Counted from the first letter of the whole stretch, positions 10,900-24,871 are shown. The stretch: DNA of 63,525 nucleotides, filler included, from Octopus bimaculoides (GCF_001194135.2; 4 parts of 4 records of this genome joined end to end with filler, not necessarily neighbours in it), one strand, 5' to 3'. Notes: generated by a model not told the origin, from the letters alone. Numbers and translations are program-made.

Positions 10900-12780
10900 C
10901 TAGCGCTGTATATATTCCATTCCTCAGTTACCAATAAGCTCTGGCTGTAATGACCGACTGCAGAAAAGGGAGCGAGAAAATTAAGAGTTGCGAAGAGTCG
11001 GGTAGCTTAGCTATGTCCCCCACCCCAGCACTCACCAAAATAACGGGGAAAAATGAGGAGTCGTAGCGGGAAGCCAGGAATCGAATGGGTATAGATAGCG
11101 GGTGGGGGTTTATTAAGCAGGGTAGGGAGAGACCCTTATGTTAATAGTAGTTTTCGAAGAATACGGCAGCAAAATCGAGTGCATTGAATGATGGTGGTAG
11201 CGGAATATCAAATAGAAAGCTTCGTATTTCTATAACAATCTCTGCTACATCCCACCGACCATCTATATTACTCAGCGACACCAACATCCCCTTTACTCTC
11301 TCCCTCATATTTACCACACCCTTACTCGTTCTCTTCTGCTTATGAAACTAGTACAGACCAGGACGACGCACTGCTAGTAAGCCTTTAGCGACAGCAGAAC
11401 AGTGCTACCGGCACCGAATCTAGGTGTATTATAATTCTCAGCAGTAAAAGCTTGCCGTAGAAGAAAGAAAGAACGAACGATTTTGATAGAGAGAAAAAGA
11501 AAGAAAGGAAGAAAAGCGAACGAAAGAACATAATTGAAAAAAAAAAAAAAGAAAAAGAAAAAATTTATTTATATGCAAATCGAAGAAAAAGAAAGGGAGC
11601 AAAAAAGATAATCAAAAATATTTCATGGAAGAACAATTTTCATTTATTTATTTTTAATTTCAATGTAAAAATAACATAAACAAAGGCAGAGGAAGAAATA
11701 TATATAATATTTGGCGTTGTTAAATTGTTTATTATTTTTTGTTAGATTTTATTAAATTTCTGTGGTGATGATGATGAGGTATTTCAGATGAAAATTAAGC
11801 ATTGTTTGTTGGAGTAACAACTCCCGGCGGGCTGATGAATTAAAAAAAACTGGTTGCTGAGGCCAGCAGACGCCAACATCAACTGCACTATCATCATCAT
11901 TATTATTACTACAAGAATCTCTCTCAGTCTAGCAACAGTTGTTGTGTGTATCAACGACATACTCTAACATAATATAATATAACATAACAACAACATTTAC
12001 CAACGAAAAATCTCACGTTCGCTCGTTGTTCGGAGCAGATGAAAAGAAACTCTGCGGTCTTTACTCACTAAATTTCAATTTATCGGAGGATAACTTACAA
12101 TACCGTTTCCCCCACAACCAATTCTTATCGCTTCTTTTACTTCGTGGACTTATTTCTGCAAGAATTTTTCCTTAAAAAAAAAAAGGAAAACAAAATATCA
12201 TGTGCGCGAATTTTGGTTTATACTGCGCTCTGATTCGACTGGGCCTCTACTCCGTAAGTCCAATTAATTTATTCATTATTGTTATTATTATTAATATTAT
12301 TATTACTTAACTATTGTAATTACTATGCTTGCTGTTGTTTTTATTTCTTCCGTCTTCTTTCATTCATTTGTAATAACTGAACAATTTGAACAACGTACAA
12401 ACTATAATAATTATCCCACGCCGAACATAGCCTTGCCTTTATATATACATATGTATATATATGTGTATGTATGTATATCGCTATCATAATCATCAGCAAC
12501 ACCCTGACCGATTATTGCTTTTGTTTATTAAAACTAAAAGAAAAGAAAGAATGTTGACCTGTTTTTATTGCAGAATAAGCTTTTACTTATCGGTAGACCA
12601 CCCTCGATTTCTGTTGTTCGCTCGTTCTCTTCTTGTGTGAAAACTTTTCATTTGTATTTATTAGTAACGAAAGTAATGCAGGTTGTGTATGTTTGTGCGC
12701 GATGGAAACCCCGACTCCTCCACCCCCGCTTATCAACTGAATATCAAATCCGGAATTAACTATCACTATATAGTTTGTGT
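10900..12780. promoter_or_regulatory. Putative promoter / first-exon region (CpG-retaining, SINE-depleted)
   Basis: Visibly more CG dinucleotides than the flanks; no intact SINE from about 9620 to 15000; consensus donors on both strands (TCC|GTAAGT at 12253/12254 plus; GTGAGT minus near 12067). No TSS can be assigned. Confidence 0.4.
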
Positions 12781-12829
12781 ACACACACACATACGCACAT
12801 ACACACACACACACGCACAGACACACACA

Positions 12830-13230
12830 CGTGTTTATATATGATGTATGTATGAGTGTGTTTATGCATAATGTATATGTGTTTATTATATATGGATGTA
12901 TGTATGTGTTTATGTATATTGCATGCGCGTGTGTGGTTATATACGACGTATGTATGTGTTTATATATATATTGTTTATATACGATGTGTGTGTTTATATA
13001 CGATGTGTGTGTTTATATATGATGTGTGTGTGTTCATATACGATGTGTGTGCTTATATATGATGTATGTATGTTTACGTATATATGTATGTGTTTATATC
13101 CGATGTATGTATGTGTGTTTATATATGATATATGTATGTGTTATATATACGATGTATGTGTTTATATATGATGTATATTTGTTTATATATATTACATACG
13201 AGTGTGTTTATATATGATGTATGTGTGTGT
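12830..13230. repeat. Degenerate minisatellite, unit about 19-25 bp (GTTTATATAYGATGTRTGT)
   Basis: Repeated tttatatacgatgtgtgtg-like units, apparently built from TA/TG microsatellites. Confidence 0.8.
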
Positions 13231-15148
13231 TTCTCTATGCTTTAGATTAGATAAGTTGCTAAATAATATTTGGTAATTGATATATCAAAATATCACACCG
13301 ATGAAACGGAATGGAAAGTAATGCAAAAAAGAAAAAAGAAAGAAAAAGAAACCGATAAAAAAAGACAAAACAACAAACAACGAGATCGTCTACGGGAAGC
13401 ACTCCTTGATCTACTGGATATTCCTGTTGGAAAGTGTTGGGAAAAATAATCATTGATTTGTTTGCTGTATACTTCGTGTGTTTTCTTCTAGTTAAACTTT
13501 CACCTCCGTGTATTTTTGTTTATTTCTCTGTATTATTTCAGGACTTCAATTTTGTATTATAATACTTTATATAACCTCGTCTGAATAATAATTTCTCCAA
13601 CATGATACATACATGTTTTCCATTTACAAATAATAGCAACTTTTCATTCAAACAGTTGTCTTTTTATTTCTTTTTTTTTTTACTGGACACAAAGCAGTTT
13701 TTCTCTCTTGAGTAAGAGGAATAAATTAATTGAAAAGATCCCAGTCATCTCTGACACTTTTTATTTCTTTGTATCGGGTTTGGGAGAACAAAAACGAAGT
13801 TTACTTCTGCATGATTTAAAATCAAAATCTGTGAGGTATTGAATTTTTCTATATTGTTAGCAATCACTAACCAACTCTTATAATTAAAAACGACAAGGCA
13901 GACACAAAGTCCTAGCCCTTTTTCTCTTATTGTTATCATGATATAATCGATCGATCGGGTTTTCCAGTATTTTATCGTTTAACTTTATTGATCCCTGCAG
14001 GGTTTTATTTCAGAACAAAGAAAAGCGTGTTTTAGGTACTCGATGCATCATGTTTGGGTCATCCAAGGCTTTGAATGAAAATAACTTGGATGCGTTGTTG
14101 TAAAACAATGCTGCACCTCTTCTAAAACAGGAATGCTGATACTCTTCGAGTAGCTATAAACGAGGTTGATTCGTGATATCACGCTAAATATTATTTCATA
14201 CTTGTTATTTTAGGGGACACTAGTTTCTCTTTCTACGTATTACTATATAGTTTTCAGGGGTCTTTGAACTAACTTAGAAACAAAAGTTGTTGTTATGTGA
14301 TTGTTTTTCTTTCTTTTTGTTTTGTTTTAATTAGTTATTTACTCTTTTCATTCACTTGAACTCTGTTGATTCATGGGATTAGATTTATCATTGCTGGGGG
14401 TGGAGAAGATAGAATATCAGAATAGATGCTAACTTCAGTGTGTTGAAGAAAACCTGAGTCATTGACTCAGTTCATTTATGTAATTAATTTACGACGGTTG
14501 GTGGGGCAACAGTAAAGGTGGTGGTGGTGGAAGAGAAGGGTATCGTACAATTAGTCAAAGCACTGTAAAAACACTCGAAAAAAGATCTATTCGTTTGAAG
14601 AATCCAGAGGGGCATTGATTTAATTAGTAAATGTTATATATTAGTAGTAGGGTAGTCAGGTATTTAAGTGTTCCATTATTCCCCATCTGGCGCCTCCTCA
14701 AACCGGATGCTGACTTACCTTCATTTTTGATGTTGGAAACTGGTATAAGTACACTTAAGATAATTAGTCGGTATTTAATGGTGTAATAACCATTAAGAGC
14801 CATTGATTGCGAAGATGTCTGATCTAGTTGTACCTAAACCTTGATTTATCTGACCAGAATAATATTGTTCTGATGATAGCCACACCATTTCATTAGATGA
14901 TCTACTTTTTTTTATTTATTTATTTATTTTTTTGTCTTATAACAATTAATGAAAAATTACTTGACATGAAAAGAAATACAATAACTCTGATCAATAATTT
15001 GAGCTGCTGAAGTTCATATCCTGCCTTGGCATTGCCCTGTGTCTATGACCAGGACACTTTTAACATGCAATTGGCCCAGTCCACCTGGCTGTAAATAAGC
15101 TAGGAAGAATTCACTGCTCTAAGCAGTATAGCCATAACAACTGGTTCT

Positions 15149-15377
15149 TTAACTGTTCGTCATTCAGACTACTCTTATCAAATGTAAAGCTTATTCATTC
15201 ACATTGTTTTGAATTGATCATGTGTTATTTCATAGCTTTGAAATTTCAATGATGTAATGGTTTATTCTTAGAATGGCATAGTAGGGTAAGTGTGACAGGT
15301 TAGATCTGGCTGGTTTAAACATAAAACAAGTAAAGTATTTCAGCTGGATATGGCTGGTTTAAATGCTAAAGGGTTAA
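15149..15377. mobile_element. Non-autonomous piggyBac-like MITE
   Basis: TTAA at both ends (15149-15152, 15374-15377); right end aaatgctaaaggg|ttaa (CCC-type terminus); left end degenerate (ttaactgttcgtcattc). Confidence 0.5.
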
Positions 15378-15764
15378 TTTGCAGTGTTAGGTTTAACTCC
15401 TCCTGTCGGCCAGAAGAAAGTAATAGGAAGTTAATCCAGTCTAATCTGTAGAATTACCATATAAGGTATCAGTTCTCCAATAGTGCCCAATCACCAACAG
15501 AGTTGTACGACTCTCTAATGATGATGATAAATCCATAGACATCCAAGCTTAGCTGGATCTACTTTTAATTAAAGTTAAGGTCCTTTTTTTATTATCTCAT
15601 TTATACACCTCATTCAGTCTGGTTGGAAATCATTCATTTACATTTTATTATTACTTCATCTCAGATATTGAAACAAGTCTGGGTAACAGGGAGGACCCCC
15701 CCCCCCCGAAAAGAAGAAAAGTCAAGTTCATTTCACACCTTTTCATCCTTACAAAACAATATAT

Positions 15765-16135
15765 TATGTGGTTGTGTGGTAAGAAGCTTGCTTCCCAACC
15801 ACATGGTTCCAGGTTCAGTCCCACTGTGTAGCACTTTAGGCTACTACAGCCTCAGGCTGATTTGGTAGGCTGAAACTGAAAGAAGCCTGTTGTTTATATA
15901 TATACATGTGTGTGTGTGTGTATGTGTGTGTGTCCTACCACTGCTTGACAACTGGTGTTGGTGTGTTTGTCTCTGTAACTTAGCGGTTTAGTAAAAGAGA
16001 CTGACAGAATAAGTACCAGGTTTAAAAAAAGAAAAAAGAAAAGTACTGGGGTCAATTCATTTGACTAAAATTCTTCAAGGTGGTGCCCCAGCATGGCCAC
16101 AGTCCAACGACTGAGACAAGTTAAAAAAAAAAATG
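15765..16135 (+). mobile_element. Family A SINE, full bipartite copy
   Basis: tRNA-like head, core, (TA)(TG)n spacer, tail ggtggtgccccagcatggccacagtc...aaaa. Confidence 0.85.
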
Positions 16136-16619
16136 TTGAAATTCTAGTCATACAGTTGTATGTGTCTTGTAGTATAAACAAAAACTGAAAAAAAAAAAAG
16201 ACATGCTTTTGACACACAAAACATTAGCTGCTGAAATTTGAGTGTATGTTACCAAGACTTCTATAATTTAAATATATATTAACAGGATTAATGTACATCC
16301 ATATAACTACTTACAGAAAGCTGCCAATGGCTTAATCGATAGCATACTTGACAAATTAGGAGAAAGACTGGTGTTTGCTATTCTATAGACAGCATCGTGC
16401 TGGGTCAATGATCAAATCATTTAGCAGCCCTCAACAGTTCAGCTTCACTTAGCTGGAAGTAAGCATCACAGCATGGCTGTAGTTCAGTGCTGAAAGAAGT
16501 AGTAATAGCATTACAGAAATAAATGTTTTATCAGCTGGCAATAGGGAGTTCAAAATCTTAGGCGAATGTGGCCTGAAGAGGTGTTGGATTGTAATTGTCT
16601 TACCTTAATATCTAATACT

Positions 16620-16760
16620 ATGGGCACAAGCATGGCTGTGTGGTTAAGAAGCATGCTTTGTAACCTTGTGCTTTAGGGTTCAATCCCACTGTATGGTACT
16701 TTAGGCAAGTGTTTTCTGTTATAACCTCAGGCCGATGAAAGCCTTTTGAGTGGATTCAGC
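16620..16760 (+). mobile_element. Family A SINE 5' fragment
   Basis: gcacaagcatggctgtgtggttaagaagc...actttaggcaagtg. Confidence 0.75.
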
Positions 16761-16814
16761 TGGTGGATCCACTCAATATATATCTATATATATGTATATG
16801 TATACGTGCGTGAG

Positions 16815-17243
16815 TCATCAAATAGAGTCATCTCTCTATGGAGAACTTGTGAATGGAAGGAGACTCCGGCAGAAACCAAGGCTGCGATTTAAGGACTGTG
16901 TCAAGTCCTCATTAAAGGCCTGTGATATGCAGGACACTGACTGGCAGAACAATGCCTGTCATCACCACAGATGGAGGAGGCAGGTTAAGGATGGGATCGA
17001 CACTTTTGAGAGAACACGTATTCAGCATGAAGAACTTAAATGAGCTGCGCGAAAGTGCACGGCTCATATAGTGAATGGGGAAAGCTTGGTCTGCAATGTT
17101 TGCAGTCGTGTATGCTTGTCAAGAGCAGGGCTCATTAGCCACCAATGGAGCCACAAATGCAAAATATAAGTTAGTCCTAGAGCGCACAATGTTCCTGAAG
17201 GTCGGCAATGGTCTTCCTCGGTCACGAGTGGATGGCCATCATC
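16815..17243 (+). mobile_element. RTE-clade LINE extreme 3' end (ORF2 C-terminus with Cys/His finger + short UTR)
   Basis: SLYGELVNGRRLRQKPRLRFKDCVKSSLKAC...WRRQVKDGIDTFE...LK*AARK...CNVCSRVCLSRAGLISHQWSH; typical RTE C-terminus with one in-frame stop. Confidence 0.85.
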
Positions 17244-17244
17244 A

Positions 17245-17335
17245 TGTATGCATGTATGTATGTATGTATGTATTTGTCTGTCTGACTGTCTCTCTATCTT
17301 TTTCATCAGTATGTCTGTCTGTCTCTCTCTCTCTC

Positions 17336-17378
<43 letters not shown>

Positions 17379-17620
17379 GACTATCTATCTATCTATCTAT
17401 CTATCTGTCTGTCTGTCTATTTATCTTTCTATGTATTTATCTATCTGTCTGTCTATCTATCTGTCTATGTCTGTCTATTTATCTGTATCTATCTATCTAT
17501 CTATCTATTTATCTGTCTGTCTATTTATCTATTTATCTGTCTGTCTATTTATCTATCTATCTGTCTGTCTATTTATCTATCTGTCTGTCTGTCTATCATC
17601 TTTCTATATATGTATCTAAT
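17245..17620. repeat. Compound tetranucleotide microsatellite (TGTA/TCTG/TCTA)n
   Basis: Direct reading. Confidence 0.95.
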
Positions 17621-17709
17621 AGCTGATATAAATGTTTGTTGGCTGGTTAGTTAGTTGGTGCTTTCTTCAATCATGCTTTACATCATATATAGAGAGGGGA
17701 GAGAGAGTA

Positions 17710-17749
<40 letters not shown>

Positions 17750-18182
17750 TTAACAAGAGTTGCAGGAGGAGTGTCTCATAACTTTCTGAAAATACACATA
17801 TTTTTATAAAATTTTTCAGTGATGAATTTTCAGTGGAGTAGATTGTGATGATGTTGATAAAATTTAGAAAAATAACAAGATATTTTCATTGCAAATATAC
17901 AAATGAGAATTTTGTTTTGTTTAATTTTATTTTAAGATAATAAATATTTTTGTTCTCAAAATTAGTGTTCTTTTCATCATTTTGTATAAACACCAAGGAA
18001 TATGATAAAAGTTAAATTATAATTATTGCAAAAATATACTTCCAAAGTTACCTGTCATTCACTGGATAACACAAATGTGTGTATGTATGTATATATGTGT
18101 GTATATGTGTGTGTGTGTTTGTGTATATTTAGATATATGTATACACACACATATGTGTATATACATGTATGTATATATGTCT

Positions 18183-18585
18183 AGGTGCAGGAGTGGCTGT
18201 GTGGTAAGAAGCTTGCTTCCCTGTTACATGGATCAGGTTGGTTCAGTCCTACTGTGTGGCACCTTGGGCAAGTGTCTCTTCTACTATAGCCCTGAGCTGA
18301 CCAAAGCCTTGTGAGTGGATTTGGTAGATGGAAACTGAAAGAATCCCATTGTATATATGTATATGTATGTATTTGTGTGTCTGATTTTGTTCCCCCGCGG
18401 TCACTTGACAACCGATGTGGGTGTATTTACTTCCCTCTAACTTAACGGTTTAGTAAAAGGGACTGATAGAATAAGCACTAGGCTTACAAGGAATAAGTCC
18501 TGGGGTTGATTTGTTTGACTAAAGGCAGTGCTCCAGCATGGCCGCAGTCAAATCACTGAAATGAGTAAAAATAAAAAGAATATGT
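18183..18585 (+). mobile_element. Family A SINE, full copy
   Basis: Head ggagtggctgtgtggtaagaagc through tail ggcagtgctccagcatggccgcagtcaaatcactgaaatgagtaaaa. Confidence 0.85.
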
Positions 18586-18649
18586 ACACACACATACACA
18601 TACATACATACGCAGTCATGCACAAACACACACACACATATATATATAT

Positions 18650-19421
18650 CATTTTATTCTTTTACTTGTTTCAGTCATTTGACTGCAGCCATGCTGGAGC
18701 ACCATCTTTTTAATCGAACATATTGACCCCTGGAATTATTCTTTGTAAGCCTGGTACTTATATTGGTCTCTTTTGCCGAACAGCTAAGATACAGGAACGT
18801 AAACACACCAAGATGGGCTGTCAAGCGATGGTTGGGAGATAAACACAGACACAAACATATATCATCATCATCATCATCATCGTTTTACGTCCGCTTTCCA
18901 TGCTGGCATGGGTTGGATGGTTTGACTGAGGACTGGTGAGCCAGAGGCTGCACCAGGCTCCAATCTGATTTGGCAGAGTTTCTACAGCTGGGTGCCCTTC
19001 CTAACGCTAACCACTCTGAGAGTGTAGTGAGTACTTTTACGTGCCACCAGCATGAGGGTCAGTCATGCAGTCCTGGCAATGACCACGCTCAAAAGGTGTT
19101 TTTATGTGCTACCTGTATGGGAGCCAGTCCGGCGGCAGTGGCTAAGACCACGCTCGAGTGTTGTTTTACACGTGCCACCAGCACATGTGCCAGTAAAGTG
19201 ACACTGGCAATGATCACACTGGAATGGTGCTTTTCACAAGTCACTGGCACAGGAGCCAATCTGTGGCCCTAGGAACGATCATGCTCGGATGTGCTTTTAC
19301 CATTCCACTGGCACGAATGCCAATCAGGTGGTACTGTCATCGGCCACGTCAGCAATTTTGATTTTGATTTCACTTGCTTCAATAGGTCTTCACAAGCAAG
19401 GTTTATTGTCCAATGAATGAA

Positions 19422-19471
<50 letters not shown>

Positions 19472-19640
19472 GACAGGCTTCTTTCAGTTTCCGTCTTCCA
19501 AATCCACTTACAAGGCTTTGGTTGGCCTGAGGCTATAGTAGAAGACACTAGCCCAAGGTGCCATGCAGTGGAATCTTGTGGTTGGAACCTGGAACCATGT
19601 GGTTGGGAAGCAAGCTTTTTACCACACAGATATGCCTGTG
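18650..19640 (-). mobile_element. Family A SINE with a family C element (about 18860-19400) nested at its central microsatellite
   Basis: A 3' half at 18650-18855, C element with (cat)n tail at 18860-19400, (TA)n, A 5' half at 19470-19640. Confidence 0.8.
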
Positions 19641-19899
19641 CTTATATATATAAAAGAAAAAATGGGTTTAAAAAATCCTGACAGATATCAATTAAGCACT
19701 CAATATAAAAGAATATGGTTAAGTTTCCAACATTCAAAGACCGGTAAATGTAAGTAGAATACAAATCCCAGGTAAATTGTCATGTCTGACAGGTAAACCC
19801 AACAATTTTAAGGAATTCAGAGTATTTAGCATCAACAAATGTTTACAGTGATCAAATGTGTATGCTGTACATTACCTCACACCCTCCGTTAAATTGATG

Positions 19900-20060
19900 T
19901 CTGAACAGATGCATGGTGTACCACATGTTCAGTGTTGAAATGGTCGCAAAGCAAATTGAGATGAAGTGTTTTGCTCAAGAACACAATGTACTGCCTGGTC
20001 AAAGAATTGAAACCACAATTTTAAAATCATAAATGCAACACCCTAACCTTTAAGCCACTT
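19900..20060 (-). mobile_element. Family F tRNA-SINE fragment
   Basis: gaagtgttttgctcaagaacacaatg...aattgaaaccacaa...aacaccctaacc, homologous to 5780-5890. Confidence 0.6.
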
Positions 20061-20198
20061 GATTCCACACACGTGTGTGTGTGTGTGTATAGATAGATAG
20101 ATAGATATATAAGAGTGCTGTAGTTCACTTGAAGCATTGTAGTACAGAAGTAGAAAGTGAAGTCTATATATATATGTCTATGTATATATGTATATGTA

Positions 20199-20266
<68 letters not shown>

Positions 20267-20304
20267 GAGAGAGAGAGAGAGAGAGAGATCTGTGTGTGTA
20301 TTTC

Positions 20305-20420
20305 GTTGTAAGGTTAACAAGTTAGTTTCCCAACCACATGATCCTGAGCTCAGTCTCACTGTCACACCTTGGGCAAGCATCTTGTACTGTAGCTTCAGGC
20401 TGACCAAAGTCTTGTGAGTG
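20305..20420 (+). mobile_element. Family A SINE 5' fragment
   Basis: cccaaccacatg...accttgggcaagcatcttgtactgtagcttcaggctgaccaaag. Confidence 0.7.
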
Positions 20421-20647
20421 GTTTTAGGAACTTAAGGAGCCTCTCCCTGTCTCTCTGTTTCTGTCTCTGTCAATCTCTCTCTCACACACACATTTATGTA
20501 TATCAGTTTGGCAAAAGAGATCGTTAGAATTATTGTCTGGCTTTAAAAAGTAATAAGTCCCGAGGTGAATTCTTTCAAGTAAAATTCTTTAAAATTGTGC
20601 TCCAGCATTGCTGCAGTCTAATGCCTGAAGCAAGAGATAAATGGTAG

Positions 20648-20688
<41 letters not shown>

Positions 20689-22198
20689 TGTGTGTACATG
20701 TGTGCATGTGTGTAGTGAAGGNNNNNNNNNNTGTGTGTGTGTGTGCTTGTGTGTACATGTGTGCATGTGTGTAGTGAAGGCATGTGGTGCTACTGTTGGG
20801 CTCATGATCATAAGGTCATTGATTTTATTCCTGGAATGGGCAGCTATAGTCTCCTTGAGCAAGGTGCTTCATTCTACGTTGTGCCAGTCCACTTACCAGG
20901 TAATAAGTACCAGCTAACTAATGGTACAGCTTTCTCTCCCCACCGCTTTCTCTCTCTCTCCTTGAAGCTGTCATATCCTTGATGTGCTGGATTAAGGACG
21001 AGGCAGCTGAGACTCTGTCTATATCTGCTCAGAAAAACCATTGGCTCTATATGAATGAGTGAGAGAGAGAGAGAAATAGGGTGGTTGTGGTGGTGGTGGT
21101 AAATTGTCCATTTTACTGGCATTTCACCTGCTTGTATTTAATATTAGAATTACTGTGTAGTTAAAGATGTAGAAATTTGGTATCATAAATCAAGTTCTAT
21201 GGACTGAATATCATGAACAGTTGATGTATGTGTGAGGAAGAACTGGGTCAAGTTTTGTGAGTTATGATACTCATAGTGTCCATGTGCACTCATTCAATTG
21301 GTAATTGGTGGCTTGTATGGTTTTCATATCAGAACAGTTTCTTTTATCCACAGGTTACCAGTATTACATTTAAGAGCTTTAGTGGTAACAGTAATGTTCT
21401 TGTATATGTCTGTATATATATATGTGTGTGTGTGTGTGTAATATACATATATGGTATATCTAATATATATATGTAATATAGTATAAATAGCAAACACCAG
21501 TGTGCAAATATATATATATAATATATACATACATAATTTGGATACTATTATTTAAATCATAAAATGTCTCAGCCCGTGTGTGTCATCTTCCAAAGACAGG
21601 AACATACATATATATGACACAGGAACATACTTATATATGTGCATACTTTCATACAAACATATACATATCATCATCATAATTCATAACGGTGATGGTTGTG
21701 TGCGTGTGTGCGCACATGTGTGTGTTTGTGTGTGTGNNNNNNNNNNACACACAAAGACGCATATATGTGTAAATATATATACACACGCACACACACACAT
21801 GTATATATACATATATATATATATGTATATGTATATATGAGAAAAATGAGATGACAAAGGAATAAATAATTATCTTATGAACTTCATTTGCCTCAATAAT
21901 ACCTTATAGCTTCATCAAAGCCTCAACTATAAAGTGCAAATTATCATCATCATCATCATTTAATGTGCTTTCTTCCATTCTGGCATGCATATATATTACG
22001 TAATCATATATATATATATTTCCATTCTGGATCACAACTGCCCAATGAATGTGAGGGTGAAACGCTGAGTAGCTGCTTTGTGTGATATTTTTGTGATGTT
22101 TTTGCAGTTTTAATAATAAAGCATATTACTCTACCTTGGGTATTCGAGTACTATTTTTGCCCACCTTGTTTCACATTTATTTGCAGACATATAAATAT

Positions 22199-22246
<48 letters not shown>

Positions 22247-22619
22247 NNNNNNNNNNNNNNNNNNNNNNNNNNNNNNNNNNNNNNNNNNNNNNNNNNNNNN
22301 NNNNNNNNNNNNNNNNNNNNNNNNNNNNNNNNNNNNNNNNNNNNNNNNNNNNNNNNNNNNNNNNNNNNNNNNAATGGATGTGTGTGTGTGTGTGTCTGTC
22401 TGTCTGTCTGTCCGTCTGTCCGTCTGCCTATAGGAAGAAAAACTACACCGTGGATATAAAAACTAAAAGCTTACTCCTGTGTAAAATGGTAGTTGTACTG
22501 AATCTCTAGTGGTCCTCTGAAGGGACCTACTGGCCCTTTTCCAACATGTACAAAATCACATTTCAAAAATAAATGAAGGATCTAAAGGAGATAATTTTTA
22601 TCGGATTAACGTACCACTT

Positions 22620-24240
22620 TTTTTTTTTTTATCAGTTTCATCTCAAAGCTAGAAGCATACTGGGGCACCACCATTTTGCTACACTGTTACTATTGAGAGT
22701 CTCCGCTGATATGTGACATTTGGTGAATAAGGGAGTTTGATGTCACTGACCTCTTTTGTGCCTCCTGCTGCGAAGTGGGTTTGTCTGGGACTCTTGACAG
22801 GAAGAAATCCAGTTTTGTCTTGAAAACACCTACATCAACTTTGTGTAGGTTCCTCAGGCTCTTTGGGAGAATATTAAAGTGCTGTGGGCCCTTGAAACCC
22901 AGGCTGTTGCAGTAACTGGTCCTGAAGTGCGACAGCATTGTTGGGATCTTTGGCACTGTGCAGTAGTGACTCGTTCTGGCATTTGTGTACCTTCCATTGC
23001 CAAAATTTGGCACAATCCCTTCCAGGATCTTCCAGGTGTATATTACTGCATATCTTTCCCACCTTTGCTTCAGTGAGTAGAGTCTTAGCTGTTTCAGCCT
23101 TTCTCAGTAGTTGAGCTGATGCAATGAGATGATCTTCTTTGTGAAGCTTCACTGAATCACTTCAAGGTCTGCTGTTAATTTTACACTGTGGGTGACCATA
23201 GTTGGGAGCAGTAGTCCAGGTGGCTGAGGATGAATGTCCTCCAGAGGACCATCATGGTTTCCTTCTCTCTGGTTTTGAAGCTTCTCAGGATCTAGCCAGC
23301 CAGCCGTCTGCACTTTGTCACCATCCTGGTCATGTACACTTGGAAAGAGGTATCATCACTCATGTCGCTACCCAGGTCTGCACTGATCTAGGTTCTGGGA
23401 TTGTAACCCCCACTCTCCCCCAGCCAGTGTACCCTGTAAGTTTTCGTTCAGTTTTGGGTGGTGGTAGCATAGGGACTGGAATTTTCCAGCATTAAATTGC
23501 ATATTATTGTCCTTAGCCCATCTGTAAATTGTGTCCAAATCCTGCTGCAGGCATGCAATATCGATAGGGTTTTGTATTTTCTGTGAGACTTTTGTATTGT
23601 CTGCATAGCTAGCAAGGGTGGCTATCCGGTCAGCTAAGGGCATTTCTGAGATGGCCACTATGAAAAGTTGGGTCCCAAGACAGTGCCCTGTGGAACACCA
23701 TTCACTATTTGTGTTTCTTTTGAGGTGGCTTCATTGGCCACTATTGCTTGGCTCCTGTCTTTCAGAAAGTCATGTAACCACTCTCCAAGTTTTCCAGTTA
23801 TGCCAAAATCGTGCAGTTTGTAGCATATCATACCATGATCAACTTTATCAAAAGCTTTTGCAAAGTCCAGGTATATTATGTCCACATTTGAGTTGTCGAG
23901 TAACTGCTTCAACATCCAGTCATAGTGCTGTAGGAGCTGTGTCAGGCATCTCCTACCTGGTTGAAAACCATGCTTTGTATCAATCATCAAGTTGTTTTCA
24001 TCAAGGAAGGTTATTAGTTTCCGTCTGACTATTCGTTCCATGACTGCTGATGGTGTGAAGTCAGAGAGATAGGCCTATAATTTTTGGCATCTGTTCTGCT
24101 TCCTCCTTTATGGATTGGGCATATTATTCCCTCCTTCAGTTTGCTTGGCAGCTTGCCATTTGCAAGAAAACTCTGGAAGAGAATCTGTAGTGGTTTTACC
24201 AGGGCATGTTTGTACGATTTGAGGAGGATTGCTGGGAAAC
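22620..24240 (-). mobile_element. 5'-truncated CR1-clade LINE (RT domain, C-terminus, 3' UTR and A-tail), frameshifted
   Basis: MERIVRRKLITFL...HGFQPGRRCLTQLL...YLDFAKAFDKVDH...GVPQGTVLGP / YADNTK (YADD decayed) / LQQDLDTIYRWAKDNNMQFN / FKTKLDFFLSRVPDKP; A-run at 22617-22630. Confidence 0.92.
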
Positions 24241-24335
24241 CAAATTAAACCAAATTAGAAATAAGTAACCTGCCTGAGGGACATAATTTTTATAAAATTA
24301 TTATATTTCTTCATTTTATTTGAAACTATGCTGGA

Positions 24336-24871
24336 GCACTCTTCTGTAGGTATGCCATTTGCGTAATATAATGACACAGATAATAACATGTGTGTGGGGG
24401 GGAGGTGTATAACTGTAATATGTTCCATTACTTTGTATTGCTATAAGTATTATTTAATAAGCATTATTTTACATTCGTTCTATATCTATATCTGTAGAAG
24501 ATCAGTTTTCTTTTTTTCGCTGCCTACCTTCACAATAGAAACCATAGAAGATCACTTTCATGTTATTCCCTGCATACCTTCAGAATAGAAACCGTAACTT
24601 AGATTTCACTCCAACATTTTTCCTTTGTTTCATGTATGCCACATCAGAATTTATGAGGTCAGCTGTCATTTCCCTATTTCACTTCAGAAATTCGTACAAC
24701 TTTTCATCTGAAAATACCCATTTTCTCTAAACATAGGAAGAAACAAATTTGGTGGGGCACTCTTCTGTAGGCATGCCATATGTTTGATATAACGACACAC
24801 ACACAATAACGTACGTGCGTGTGTGTGTGTGTGTGTATAACTGTGATAACCTCTATTACTTTATATTGCTA

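Noticed and set aside
20684-20781. About 40-bp direct repeat around a 10-N gap
   Set aside because: Typical unresolved contig overlap artefact.
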